Assembly: GCA_010909165.1 (NCBI GenBank)
Contig: MU008158.1
Location: 556,581 to 620,580 of the forward strand
Length of the DNA stretch: 64,000 bases
Source of the DNA: Anthoceros angustus
Lineage: Eukaryota > Plantae > Anthocerotophyta
Direction of reading: 5' to 3'
Below the pieces are notes generated by a model. It was not told the DNA's origin. It saw nothing but the letters and a program-made list of their open reading frames with translations, and did no database searches. How positions within the stretch are numbered: position 1 is the stretch's first letter; each line of letters opens with the position of its first letter. A program made the translations under genes and the position numbers. Positions 22,051 through 34,524 of this stretch are shown here, one piece after another.

Positions 22051-22897
22051 ACACTGTTGCTACTGTAGTTTCGGGAAATGTTGTAATAAATGTGGTTATT
22101 CCTGTTGTTCTGGAAGTGTTCTAAAGATATCATAGTTTATCATGAAGCTCTTTCCATTATTAGTATGATAATTAGTTAACCCTATAGTAAAAAAATTTTA
22201 ACCCTATATTTTTATCTGGTCGCACACTGTTGCTACTGTAGTTTCGGGAAATGTTGTAATGAATGTGGTTATTCCTGTTGTTCTAGAAGTGTTCTAAAGA
22301 TATCATAGTTTATCATGAAGCTCTTTCCATTATTAGTATGATAATTAGTTAACCCTATAATAAAGAAATTTTAACCCTATATTTTTATCTGGTCGCACAC
22401 TGTTGCTACTGTAGTTTCGGGAAATGTTGTAATGAATGTGGTTATTCCTGTTGTTCTGGAAGTGTTCTAAAGATATCATAGTTTATCATGAAGCTCTTTC
22501 CATTATTAGTATGATAATTAGTTAACCCTATAGTAAAGAAATTTTAATCCTGTATTTTTATCTGTCGCACACTGTTGCTATCGGGAAATGTTGTAATGAA
22601 TGTGGTTATTCCTGTTGTTCTGGAAGTGTTCTAAAGATATCATAGTTTATCATGAAGCTCTTTCCATTATTAGTATGATAATTAGTTAACCCTATAGTAA
22701 AGAAATTTTAATCCTGTATTTTTATCTGTCGCACACTGTTGCTATCGGGAAATGTTATAATGAATGTGGTTATTCCTGTTGTTCTGGAAGTGTTCTAAAG
22801 ATATCATAGTTTATCATGAAGCTCTTTCCATTATTAGTATGATAATTAGTTAACCCTATAGTAAAGAATTTTAACCCTGTATTTTTATCTGGTCGCA
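22051..22897. repeat. AT-rich ~173-bp tandem repeat x5
   Basis: acactgttgcta starts at 22051, 22224, 22397, 22569 and 22733; the last two units share a small deletion. Confidence 0.95.
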
Positions 22898-23089
22898 ACC
22901 AGTTACCTGCTAATGTGACATCCTCCGTAGAAGAGAGAAACTTTTACAACGTTAAAATATTTGATAATGATAACTCGCACAATTGACACATTGAAATTGG
23001 ACTTTTTTTTACTAGAAAAACTCAAATAAAAACTGACATTTGCTCGTTGCAGGGATCTACGAGTGAGGCGCATCTTTTTGACACTTTCA

Positions 23090-23800
23090 GCAGTCGCTTT
23101 TCAAGCAACAATTGGATATATCCAAGCGGAGATGGAATGAGAGTATAAGCTCAGGGGCACCCCAGCAAACCAGCAACAATGGGATAGTTGCAGGCTATAC
23201 CCATGGAATTTGACAACACTCAATTTGTTCCAGGAACGATGTTTCAAGTGCGGGGAAATTGGCCATAGGGACATTCAACGTTGAGGAGGACAAGAAGGAA
23301 GACCAGCTAATGTAGCCCCTTGGATATATTGTGTTTAGATTGAGGAGTCTACAGCAAGTGAGTTAGAAAAGGACTAGGTCTGATACAAATTAGGGATTTA
23401 AACATCAAAGCCTTTTTGTTCCTCAAAGTAGAAGTGTCCGAGCTCTAAAAATTTCCTGCAGGTTTGAGGGGACACGAACGTACAGTTCTACTAGACTTTG
23501 ACACCAATGCCAACTTTTTATCGAAAACGTTTACCGAGAGTAAAAACATGTTTACAGAAGTTGAGTGTGGCCCAATCGTTTTTGCAAACGGTAGCTCAGC
23601 GGCTAGCTCATTAGTACAGAGCATGCCGGCGAGGCTTCAAATGGGATCTTATGGCGAGCAGTAGGAGTTTATTATAACAGATCTTGATGTGGGCTGCGAG
23701 GTCTTGCTAGAAATGCTCTGGCTCAAAAAACACTTGCCTACAATTGATTGGAGCATAAAAAGGATTCAATTTATGCATAATGACGAGAAGCTCCCGTTAC
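23090..23800 (+). mobile_element. Degenerate Ty3/Gypsy LTR-retrotransposon gag-protease relic
   Basis: PMEFD (~23200), broken zinc knuckle CFKCGEIGH (~23240), decayed aspartic protease VLLDFDTNANFLS (cf. LLDSGA..NF) and VLLEMLWLKKHLPTIDW (cf. ILGMPWL...NP.IDW), with stops. Confidence 0.75.
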
Positions 23801-26348
23801 AGGGAATGACCAAGGCAAAGCATGCCACCTTCATTACCCATTACATTTCTTGGGCAGCCATATTCCATGAGATGCAAAAAGAAAAAAAACTATGTTGTTA
23901 TACCTTGTGCAAGAGTAGAAAAAGTAATTGTTCTTAAATGCACATCCGAGCTTATTGTCATTGTGGATGCCTCTTGGAACACAGAGTAAGAGGCATGATG
24001 TACTGATGGGAACTACCTCCATGGTTTGCAGGCCGTTTATTCTTCCTGCATATGACATTGTGGGTGCAGTATGTGACTTTAGGTGGGGAGCTCAGTTGCT
24101 CCTCTTCACCTCGACCCCCTGGTCCCCTTTGGTTGTCCCCTCGTGGATGGGCTTTTCCCATCGTTTTTTCACCTCAATAAAATCCTCTTCCTTCAAGAAT
24201 TAAATGGTGTTTACTCAATGTGTGTATATGAAACTACACAACAATAGCCATCCTAGCAAATAAAATACCACTCCTAAAAATCCATTCTATCACCGCTAGC
24301 AGCCATCTCATGTACATATGTGAAATATGAAGCCACATAACTGAATACAAAAATCAAGCTTTTTAATAGCATTGCTTTTGGCGAGATAGAGAGCCCATCT
24401 TCTGTTTCAAGCCGTCTCTCAAATACAATTCCATGCCACAGACCCTAACTCGGCCGCGGCTGTAACTTAGGGTTGTGAGGAATCAAGGTTTGCGCATGCA
24501 AGCCTTCAAGCCCGTGATTCTGGATGATCAACAAAGGTAGACATGCGAAGTGGATCTGCTGATGCAAGCAGCAAGTGAGGGTTGTGCATGTACCACTACA
24601 GGATAGGGGCTTCATCGTGTCGAGGCGGTGGTACCGCTGCGAGCCATGCGGAGCCTATGGAAATCACGGTTGCTCTGGTCAGTGGGGAGCAATACACAAA
24701 CAAGGAACCCTTGTACATGTGGCACATGGACTATGAGGGTGCCCAACTGGGACCGTATTGTGAATAATGAGTTCAAAAGTTGAGGCATTACGCATACATG
24801 GGATGCTAACGAGTGCAAATCCTTTGCTGCAGCGTATGACAAGATGTGTATGTTCCACTTCAGGGTGCACGCGGCTGTAGATGAAGCAACGCACTATATA
24901 AAGTCTATAACGCATTTTATATAATATGTTATCTCATATTTCTCCACCTACAAGGTAAGGTGGAGATAAGTGGGAAGGGTATTATTTGCAATTGGGTGTT
25001 TGTAGATAGCTGGGAGGCAGTTGGCGTGTGCGATAGCCAGGTGCAGCAAATGACGACGTGGTGGGTGGGTTGGTGGGTGGCAGTGGATCGAACACTTCTA
25101 GAGGGCGCTTAACCTCAGAATGATGAGAGGCTTTTTTGCAAATTTTATGCAAATATTCATTATATTTTTTCGGAGGGCATGTTAATTTTTTTATTTTTCT
25201 ACCAACTGCATAATTGTGAACGTGCTATTCTGTTCAAAATGATGTAGCCCACTCACGATTTTGATGTGTGTACATTCTTGCACCAAAATCCATGTAATTT
25301 TTCGAGAGCCTCATTTCTTGGTTTTCGCGTGGAATCTTTTGCTGTTTATGATGCTACAGTCCACGCTTCCTTGAGCAAAAATTTTCATGAACAGCCAGCA
25401 CTGTCTTCTAGGCGTGTGCAAAGAAATGGAGTTAAAAAGTCACGTTTGATTTTCAAAGAATTTTCACAAACGCCAAGAACCTTGCAAGGGTCCCAACCAT
25501 GGTTAGATGAAAAAGTGCGTTCGACATATGCACCCATGTGAACGCACACAAAATTGCAGACTGGGTGCTGGAGCGAGGCAAGGGTTCAAAGCATCAATTA
25601 GAATCTTTGAGGTAGAGGTCGAATTTTCAGGTATTTTTTTATTTTTTTAAAGACCTGATATTGAAGAACTAGACCATCAAAATATATGCTCAAGGTTAGT
25701 TAGTTCCAAATATGGGTAAAATAAAATGCATGTAGTGATACGTATCGTCGAAGACTCATTTTGAGTAGATTCGTAATTCTAGAATTAAGGAGAAGTGGGG
25801 CTTCGTGTACAAAAGGTACATGACGGAGATGTAGGACAGCCATAAATTGGATTCGACCAACCCTTGCTACATACACTCCTTACACACAGCATTCATGCCG
25901 ACCATGAGGAAAGAGCCGACGACTTTTGTTCGGGTGTGGAGTTTGCACAGGGTTAGAAAAATGAGTTTGGGGGACAATGATATACCAAGGCACTTCCCCG
26001 CGGAGGCCTTTCAGGAGGAGGAGCAGCTGGTAGGTCTTGTAGGACCGCTTGCGTATGGGGTAGACGACGAGGACGACAATGACTACTATGTCCCTGGACT
26101 AAAGTTCGCGTGTTGCACCAGAGGTGTCTGCGTTTCCTCTCATTCCATTGCTGACAGGGTTAAGTTGAGTCCAGTACAGACCGCATTGGTCAGGGTTTGC
26201 TTAGCTTAACCCAACTTGGTCATACCCCCTGGTATCTTGTACCGAAGAGGTACAACTCTTCAAACACAGGCTAAAAAAGCTCACCGATTATAATCAATTA
26301 GTAAAGCACTAAACTTTGATCAAACACTTCCGTAAAGCACCTCAAACT

Positions 26349-26359
26349 TGGTATCAGAG
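26349..26359 (+). other. tRNA-iMet primer-binding-site-like motif (TGGTATCAGAG), possible LTR-element remnant
   Basis: 11-nt match to the canonical plant LTR-retrotransposon PBS; no paired LTR or downstream gag is seen. Confidence 0.3.
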
Positions 26360-27460
26360 TTATCTCTCGATTACTAGGTCCACAATGCATTATGATGTGA
26401 ATCTAGATGTTCTTCTTATACTATAGAATATCGTACTAATACCTTTGGTGTTTGCTTTATGAAACTACTTTATATTCATACTTATTCTTAGTTTCATCTA
26501 TGTTCAACTAAACATATTTTCCTAATAAAATAGTTTAACTTTTCTATAATTAATATTTATATTCCTTAAAGTTTCACCCTCAATTCGGTTCGCTACCAAA
26601 GCGGACACAAGCAAGCATGAAGGTAAACGTATCGTATAAAGAAAAATTTGGTGTGGAAAAAACAAAGTGCTCCGTCCAGTTTGGTAAGCCGTACTCCAGC
26701 AGCAAAGAAAACTTTAAACTCACCGGGTGGGAGGAAGTTCGGTGCGAAAACAAAGCAGGTTGAGTTTGTGTGCGTGACGGCTTTGGTTGGGTCACCCTCA
26801 ATTCACTCCGCACCTCAGTTCGCTCCGTGCTGTGTGAAGAAAAGTTTGGTGTCCCGTCCCCTCTGTCCTGTTTGTTATGCAATACATGGGTCCGCTCGTT
26901 GAGTCTGGAAACCTTGGAAAACTGACAAAGCAAGGACGAGAAACTACCTTCCGGAGTGTCCGTAGGTCAACGCGCACGTTGTCTGAAGAGCGGGAGTCGC
27001 GGACTCGGGAACACAGAATGTGCTCGACCTCCCCACGCTCCACCCTCCGATGGAACCGAGCTCACATATATCCACCGAATTTATTAGCTGCGAGGATCCC
27101 GAGGACACATTCCGCCCTCTCCTCTTGTCTAGGAATCCTGATTGATGGAATACATTTCTCATGCTTGATTTTTCATCCTCAAAGCTAGCAGCTGCACTCT
27201 CTACAGATGTAGATGTTGGTTCTCTTTTCTCTTGTTGGACGCAGCATTCTCCCCCCGGAGATGGCTGTTGAGAGATTAAAGCAGCGAGGGTGGGACCGCC
27301 TATGAAAAGCGGACCTCCAATCATGCATCCAGATGTCGCACCAACCCGCACCAGCTCACGGCGGGGCGATGTCGATGCGGGTTCTTGCTTCTTAGTCTTT
27401 CGCTTCTCTGCCAACTACGCTGCAATGGCTTCATGAGAGATCCGTTTTCTGCGGAAGGAA

Positions 27461-28986
27461 ATGACGCAGAATGCGACGGTGCGGCGGCCCCCGGAAGGCT
27501 GCATCCGGATGGTAATGGCGGGGGTGCTCACCGGGGGAGGCCTTCTGGCGCTGCTGGCGCTGCTTTGGCCCCTGCTGCTCCCGGAAGCCAGGCCCCTGCC
27601 ATCGCAGGACTCCCCGAGGGCCGACTCGGGGGGGCAGGGCAGCATGGGAGGCCACGGCCGGCTGCGGCAGTTCGCGGAGCACGGGCGGGTGTCCGCCCTC
27701 TTCGTGCAGATGGGCGCGTATCGGGGCGGGGAGAACACGTTCGCGGTCGTGGGGCTCTCCTCCCGCCGGCTGCACGACGTGGGCACTCCCTGGTTCCATT
27801 GCGCGTGGGAGGAGCCCGGGGAGCTCGAGGTGCGTGGGAAGGTCGAGGTGCTCAAGCCGGACTGGGGGCTGGGCCAGATCTACACCGTCCTGGTGCTGAA
27901 TTGCTCCTTCCCGAGCCCGGTCGGGACGCTCGGGCGGGGAGGCTCCCTGCTGGTGGAGGCCGGGTACGGGAAGTCCGATAGCTTCTCTCCGCCGGAGATG
28001 TTCACTGCGCTGGAGGAGGCCGCGGGGGAGTACAATTCCCGGCTCTATTCCGGCGAGGAGCCCCCGGCGTACGAGTTCCTCTTCTGCGGCTCGCCCTTGT
28101 TCGGAAGCCCGAGCCCGCAGCGGATTCGGGAGTGGGTGGCGTACCACGCGCGCCTCTTCGGCTCGAGATCCCTCTTCGTCTTCCACGACGCCGGGGGAAT
28201 TCACGGCGGAGTCCGGGAGGTGCTGGAGCCCTGGGAGCGGCTGGGGCGAGTCGCCGTGGAGAACGTGCGGAACCAGGCCCGGTACGACGGGTACTACTAC
28301 AACCAGTTCCTGGTGCTCAACGACTGCCTCCACCGCGCGCGGTTCCTGGCCCGCTGGGTCTTCTTCTTCGACGTCGACGAGTTCCTTGCGGTGGCGCCAG
28401 GGGCGACGCTGCTGGAAGTGATGGAGGGGTTCGGTAACTTCACCCAGGTGCTGATCCCACAGCAGCGCATGTCCGACGGGCTTTGTGCTTACGATCGGCG
28501 GGACGCTGCTTCCGAGTAAGGCCCTGGCCGAGGCCGGGCTGTGTCTGCGGGCAATATGGGATAATTGCGTTAGGGTTTGCTGCTGATGTGGGCGGGTGTT
28601 GTTGCTCGTGTGGCAGCGACCAGGAGCTCTGGGCGGTGGAGAAGCTGGTATACAGGGTGGTGGTCTCGGCGGGAAAGGGGCTGGAAACGAAGTACGCGGT
28701 GCAGCCCGGGAATGTGTTCGCCACCGGCGTGCATCGCACAGAGCAGTTCCAGGGACTGAGCACGATTGCTGAGGCCGGCAGGTTGCGGTATTACCATTTT
28801 CATGGCAGCATTGGCAACAGGGGCCAGGTGTGTCGGGAATTCCCTAGCCGGGATCTCAGCAACTCCTCTCTTTTCAGGAGCTCGAAGGGGGATGCTTTCG
28901 AGTTCGATGACGGCTTGGCGCGCTTCATTCCCTCGGTTCGAGAGTTTGAGCTTGGAACAATAGGACGGCAACCATTCGTTCCATGA
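27461..28986 (+). CDS. GT92 galactan beta-1,4-galactosyltransferase-like (GALS-like copy 1); intron 28516-28616
   Basis: N-terminal TM, LFVQMGAYRGG.NTFAVVGL, FCGSPL, IREWVAYH, FFFDVDEF (DxD), KYAVQP.NVFATGVH; a 101-nt GT-AG intron joins the two ORFs in frame. Confidence 0.93.
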
Positions 28987-31311
28987 GTCATGACTTGACA
29001 GAGCTTGCGTCCTTCAAGTTAGGCACCATATCAGGAAGATGCGGCCGAGGATGGGTCTCCTGCGTGTGCGTGGTCCGTTGCTGCATGTGATTCCACATTT
29101 GGGGCACATGATTCAGCATGTGTCTTGGTAGGGTTGGAATGTGGAGTGCTTGATAATGCCATGGAGTCAGCTTGCAACAACCCCTCACAGCCACAGGTGC
29201 AGGTTGGTCCAAGGCTACTACGTATACCGTAACAGACCAGTGTGAAAACAATCAGGTCATGGGCGAGACAGCCTTACCTGCAACGTACAATGGAAGCATT
29301 TCAGCTGGCTCATGTTTGGTGATCTTCAACTGCGAGCTCGTAAGCAGGTTGGTGACAGAGCCAGGGGAGTAGCGTTTTTAGTCTTCGATGAATCATAAGT
29401 ATGAGGCAGAGATGCAGCGAAGGGGACAGAGGGGCATGTTCATTGCGCTGCTGCCATTCCTCACAGCTTCTCCGTCTGTCTGGAAATGTCCACTACAACG
29501 TTCTGTTGCAGAAGGAGAGACTGTGTTATTTGCGCACCCACAAGATTCATCACTTAAGAACCAGGAACCTGCACTCTCTTCTTTCCCGATGTGCACGCAA
29601 TATAGTCCAGGCAGTTGGATTCTGATTATGAGCTCCTCCACCTCCAACGGGGCATTTGAAGCAGGTTCACCGAGAGGTTGTTTCCTGTCAAGCCGGACTC
29701 TCTTCGCGTCATAAGGGGCTAAATGAACATTGTCCCATATCAGCAGAGCCTACCTCCTTGTCCTAAACAACCCAGCCAGGAGGAACATCCTTGAATAAGT
29801 ATCTACCTTGTCACCATGTCCGCTCCTGGTTTTGCACTTCATAACACAAGCGATCCAGAACAAGCAATCCAGAACTCCCTGTGATCCCTTGTCATCAGAT
29901 GAAAGCCGGCCAAGGTCCTGATGATTGTGCCAAAGTAACTCTCCGTAAAGAAGAAAGGTTGACGAACCGCGTACAGTAAGGCACAGCTATGGAAGTTGTA
30001 GCAAGGATAGATGTGGAGCAGCTCCTCACTGCATCTCCATCTCTAGCTCAAGGGCACCATACATACCTCTACGTATGATTCACATTTGCAGTTGAGTTGA
30101 GCACGCTCTTCTTGCTCATATCGAAGCCCTTGTGGAGAGCAACGGATCTCGTCGGTTTAGGGTTCCCAAGGTTGATGCTTGTCAAGAACAGAGCTCGATC
30201 TTTCAAGTTCCAAGTACCCTGAGAGGCAGTGGCAGGTCGGCGTGGGTAAGACTGGTCCCCCACTCCGTCAGGTCAGCTGTGTCAGACACCCGCAAGCTCT
30301 TCGAAGATAGTCGGGAACTGGAACTGCTGCAGGCAATGCGTCCGCCTTCACCCTGCTGTGCACCAGGCCAGAGGAGGAATGAAAAGCGCGAGGCGACAGA
30401 CGTGGCATTTCCGTGGCTTGGGTCATCCTTCTTCTTCCTGGCCGGTGCCATCAGTCTGTCTTATTGCAAGTGTACAGAATCCGTAGGGCTCTACAAGTAG
30501 AAGTGCGTCGGCTAGTCTTCTGGGTCCGAGCAAAATGCAGGCCCGTCAGTGGACAGCGGCTGCTTCGGAGACACGTCTCTGCACCTGCCTCGGGCTCGGG
30601 TGACGAGCAGGCAGTCCTTGGCACTGCATGGAAGGAGGCAAGGAATGAATATAGTTGGGCAATATCTGATGCGTGGATTCTCCGCTGCCTTCCTCACGGA
30701 ATGCATCGGTTTGTGCTAGCGGGCAACTTGTCTGTGACCATGTCTCCTAGAAGCTGAACTGGAGCTTGAGTCTTGACAGGAAATGACTGTTCACAGCTGC
30801 GGAGGCCGATGGGGCCGACTGGACAGTGGACGTACACAGTGTGCAATGGTGTACAGCTCTTTCACATCTCCACCAAGTGGACACATTTCTAGAAGCAGCG
30901 ACGATTCCATGTACCTACACATTCCCACATGATTCACCTCTTGTCCAGAAATTCTGACTCACAACGTAGGAGGTTAATTTAGCAAACACACATAATACGT
31001 ATGTCGAGTTTCTCCTCCCCAAGCTTGATGGCAGCAGCGATTGGCCCCGGGAGATGGCGTGACGGTGGGTCCGCCTCTAAAGTTAGATCTCCAATCCCAG
31101 GATCCAGAGATCCCAGGTACTTCCTGGCTGGCTGCACGGCAGCGTGTCAGTCTGTTCTGTGGGCGGTGAGTCAAGCATCCCCCACATTGCCTATGTGGAC
31201 CCATTGCGGCTCTGATCCGCCTTAGCTTCTCTTGCAATTTCTCTGCACTGAAGGCCACATGAGAGCCATTCGATCTGTTGTTGTTGCACGAGGTGTGTGT
31301 GTGCGAGGAGG

Positions 31312-32835
31312 ATGAAGCACAATGCGAAGGTGCGGCAACCGCCGGAAGGCTGCCTCCAGCTGGCCATGGCGGGGCTGCTCACAGGGGGCGGCCTCCTGGC
31401 ACTGCTCACCCTGATCTGGCCCTCGCTGCTCCTCGGGGCGAGGCCCCTGCGATTGCAGGCCCCCGGGGCCGACTCCGGAGAGCAGGGCAGCCTGGGAGGC
31501 CACGGCCGGCTGCGGCAGTTCGCGGAGCACGGCCGGGTGGCCGCTCTCTTCGTGCAGATGGGCGCGTACCGAGGCGGGGAGAACACATTCGCGGTCGTGG
31601 GCCTCTCGTCCCGCCGGCTGCACGACTTGGGCAACCCCTGGTTCCATTGCGACTGGGCGGAGCCCGGGAAGCGCGCGGTGCGCGGCTGGGTGCAGGTGCA
31701 CAAGCCGGACTGGGGGCTGGGCCGGATCTACACCGTCCTGGTCCTGAATTGCTCCTTCCCCAGGCCGGTGGGAACGCGGGGGCGGGGAGGCTCCCTCCTG
31801 CTCACCGCCGGGTACGGGAACTCCGACAACTTCTCTCGCCCGGAGACGTTCGCGGCGCTGGAGGAGGCCGCGGGGGAGTACAACCCTCGGCTGTATTCCG
31901 GGCAGGACCCCCCAGCGTATGAGTTCATCTTCTGCGGCTCCCCGTTGTACGGTGACCTGAGCCCGCAGCGGATTCGGGAGTGGGTGGCGTACCACGCGCG
32001 CCTCTTCGGCCCGAGATCCCTCTTCGTCTTCCACGACGCCGGGGGAGTTCAGGGCGGAGTCCGGGAAGTGCTGGAGCCGTGGGAGAAGCTGGGCCGGGTC
32101 GCCGTGGAGAACGTGCGGAACCAGGCCCGGTACGACGGGTACTACTACAACCAGTTCCTGGTGCTCAACGACTGCCTGCACCGCGCCAGGTTCCTGGGCC
32201 GCTGGATCTTCTTCTTCGACGTGGACGAGTTCGTGGCGGTGCCGCCGGGGGAGACGCTGCAAGAAGTCATGGAGGAGCTCGGTAACTACACCCAGGTCAT
32301 GATCCCGCAGCAGTTCATGTCCGCCCGGTTCTGCGCGGACAAATGGCGGGACTCCGATTCTGTGTAAGACTCTGGCTGAGGCCGCGCTGCCTCTGCCTGC
32401 AATATGGGTTAAATGCGTTAGGGTTTGATGGTTGATGTGGGTGGGTGGTGTTGCTTGTGTGGCAGCGACGAGGAGCACTGGGCAGTGGAGAAGCTGGCTT
32501 ACAAGGCGGTGGATCCGGCGGGCAGGCAGCTGGACCCCAAGTACGCGGTGCAGCCCAGGAATGTGTTCGCCACCGGCGTGCATCGCACAGAGAATTTTCA
32601 GGGATGGACCAAGTTTGCTGAGCCGGACAGGTTGCGGTATTACCATTTCCATGGCAGCCTCAACAACAGGGGCCCCGCGTGCCTGGAATTCCCTCCTCCG
32701 GATCCCAGCAACTCCTCTCTTTTCCGGAGCTCGGATGGCGCCGCGTTTGAGGTTGATTACGGGTTGGCGCGCTCCATTCCCTCGGTGAAAGAGTTTGAGC
32801 TGGAAACCATAGGACGGCAACCCTTCGTTCCATGA
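31312..32835 (+). CDS. GT92 galactan beta-1,4-galactosyltransferase-like (GALS-like copy 2); intron 32364-32465
   Basis: Same motifs and same intron position as copy 1; 102-nt GT-AG intron in frame. Confidence 0.93.
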
Positions 32836-34524
32836 GTCTTGACGTGACAGAGCTTGCGTCCTTCAAGTTCGTCATCTCAGGAAGATGCGGCCGGGAATGG
32901 TCTCTCCTGCGTGTTCTGAGTCGTTGCTGCATGTGGTTCCACACTGGACCACATGGTTCCGCATGTGTCGTGCTAGGGTTGGAATGTGGAGTTCATGGTA
33001 ACAGGTGGCCGGGTGTCACGCCAGCTTGCGACAACCCCTCACGGCCACAGGTGCAGGTTTGTCCAAGGATATCAGATTATCTTACAGTAACTGCCCAGTG
33101 TGAAGACAATGAGGTCACGGGCGAGTCTGCCTTACCTGCAAGGTGCAATGGAAGCCTCTCCCAGCTAATGCTTTCTGATCTTCAAGTGCTAGCCGGTAAG
33201 CGAGTTGTGACAGAACCAGGGACTTCGCGTCTCAGTCTTTGACAAGCCGTAAGCAAGATGCAGACAGATGGCCATGTTCATGGCGCTGCTGTCATTCCTC
33301 GCAGCACCTCTGTCTGCCTGGAAATGTCCGCTGCAGCCTTCTGTTGCTGAAGCAAAGCCAGTGTCACACATCAGCACAGCCTACTTCCTTGCCCTACACA
33401 ACTCATCCATGAAAGAACACCTTGTACCTCGGATAAGTATCTGCCTCTGTCACCACATCCGCTCCTGGTCTCGCACATGACAAAGTACATCCCTTGCTCT
33501 CTATAAGAAGAAGCAAAGGTTGACGAACAGCGCTCAGTACAGCACAGCCATGGAAGCCGAATCAAGTTCAGCATGTCTCGAGGACGGACGAGGGCCAGCT
33601 CCATGGATACATAACTCGCACTTGCAGGCGAGTTGAACCTGCCGCGATCAAATGCGCATTAGAGCCGTTGGCGCAGTTAAGCAACCGGACTAGACGTTCA
33701 TTGAAGCCGTGTTAATCGGAGTCCGCTGGCCAGTGCACGTATAGAGTGGCGGCAGCTCGACACGATCGCCTGAGAAGCAGGCCGCGTCTTCTGCCTTGGA
33801 CCCTGCGCTGCGGGGTCCTGCGCCTGCCATCGTCTTTCCTCCTCGCGTCGCCCCTCCGATCTCTCACCCAGGCACCGGAGGCCGGAGAGGCGGACGACCG
33901 GTCCGACACCTCCCTTCTGCGTCATCTCCAATTCCACATTTTTCTCGGCCCGGCTCGGGCTGGGCGTCCCAGGCTCGCCTGGCATCCGGCGCGGATCTCG
34001 TGGCGCCTTTGCATGTCCCGCTCGCCGGCCTGGGTTATCGCATCGCATTGCACCTGCGGGGAAGGTGCCCGCGCTCTGAATCTCATCTCACGCCTGGAGC
34101 AGACGGGAGAACAGGAATTGAGTTCTCGCACTGGCTGCCATCACGCGAGCTTCGGGGGAGGAGGCGACGCCGGCAGGGCCTCGGGAGGAGGCCGGGGAGG
34201 AGGGTATGCGGGGTGCGGAGCAGGGTTGCATGTGGGCATGTATGTGGGTGTAGGGTTGGATCTGGCAGGGTAGAGTAGGCGCATTGGGTGGGCCAGGGAG
34301 TGGGGAATGCAGTACGCGGGCGATGCTGTGGCAGCAGGGAAGGAAGGGGTTGCATGCGCACAGCTGGGCAGGGGAATTTGAATTTGTTGGGTGACACACG
34401 GCAGGTCGGGAGAAGGTAGAGTAGGGAGGACGTATGACGAGGGAGCGTGTGGTTGTTGTTTCCAGGTGGTGGAGGAAGGGGTGCGGGGAGGAGGGGCGGG
34501 CGCAGGGGAGCTTGATATGGTAGG

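Noticed and set aside
24442-24473. ACCCTAA...TTAGGGT inverted telomere-like pair
   Set aside because: Only a 7-bp stem, no tandem telomeric array, and no adjacent gene.
25790-26360. Intact or solo LTR ending at the PBS-like motif
   Set aside because: No second LTR, TSD or clear TG...CA ends. The gag relic lies upstream, the wrong order for one element.
26944-27414. 156-aa minus-strand ORF divergent from GALS copy 1
   Set aside because: No motif recognised and no counterpart upstream of copy 2.
31222-32820. 532-aa antisense ORF covering GALS copy 2 (also 27431..28333, 42608..43492, 49891..50784)
   Set aside because: Codon-aligned shadows of GC3-rich genes, where TTA/CTA/TCA sense codons are rare. 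No domain is recognisable, and the equivalent in GALS copy 1 is broken at the intron.
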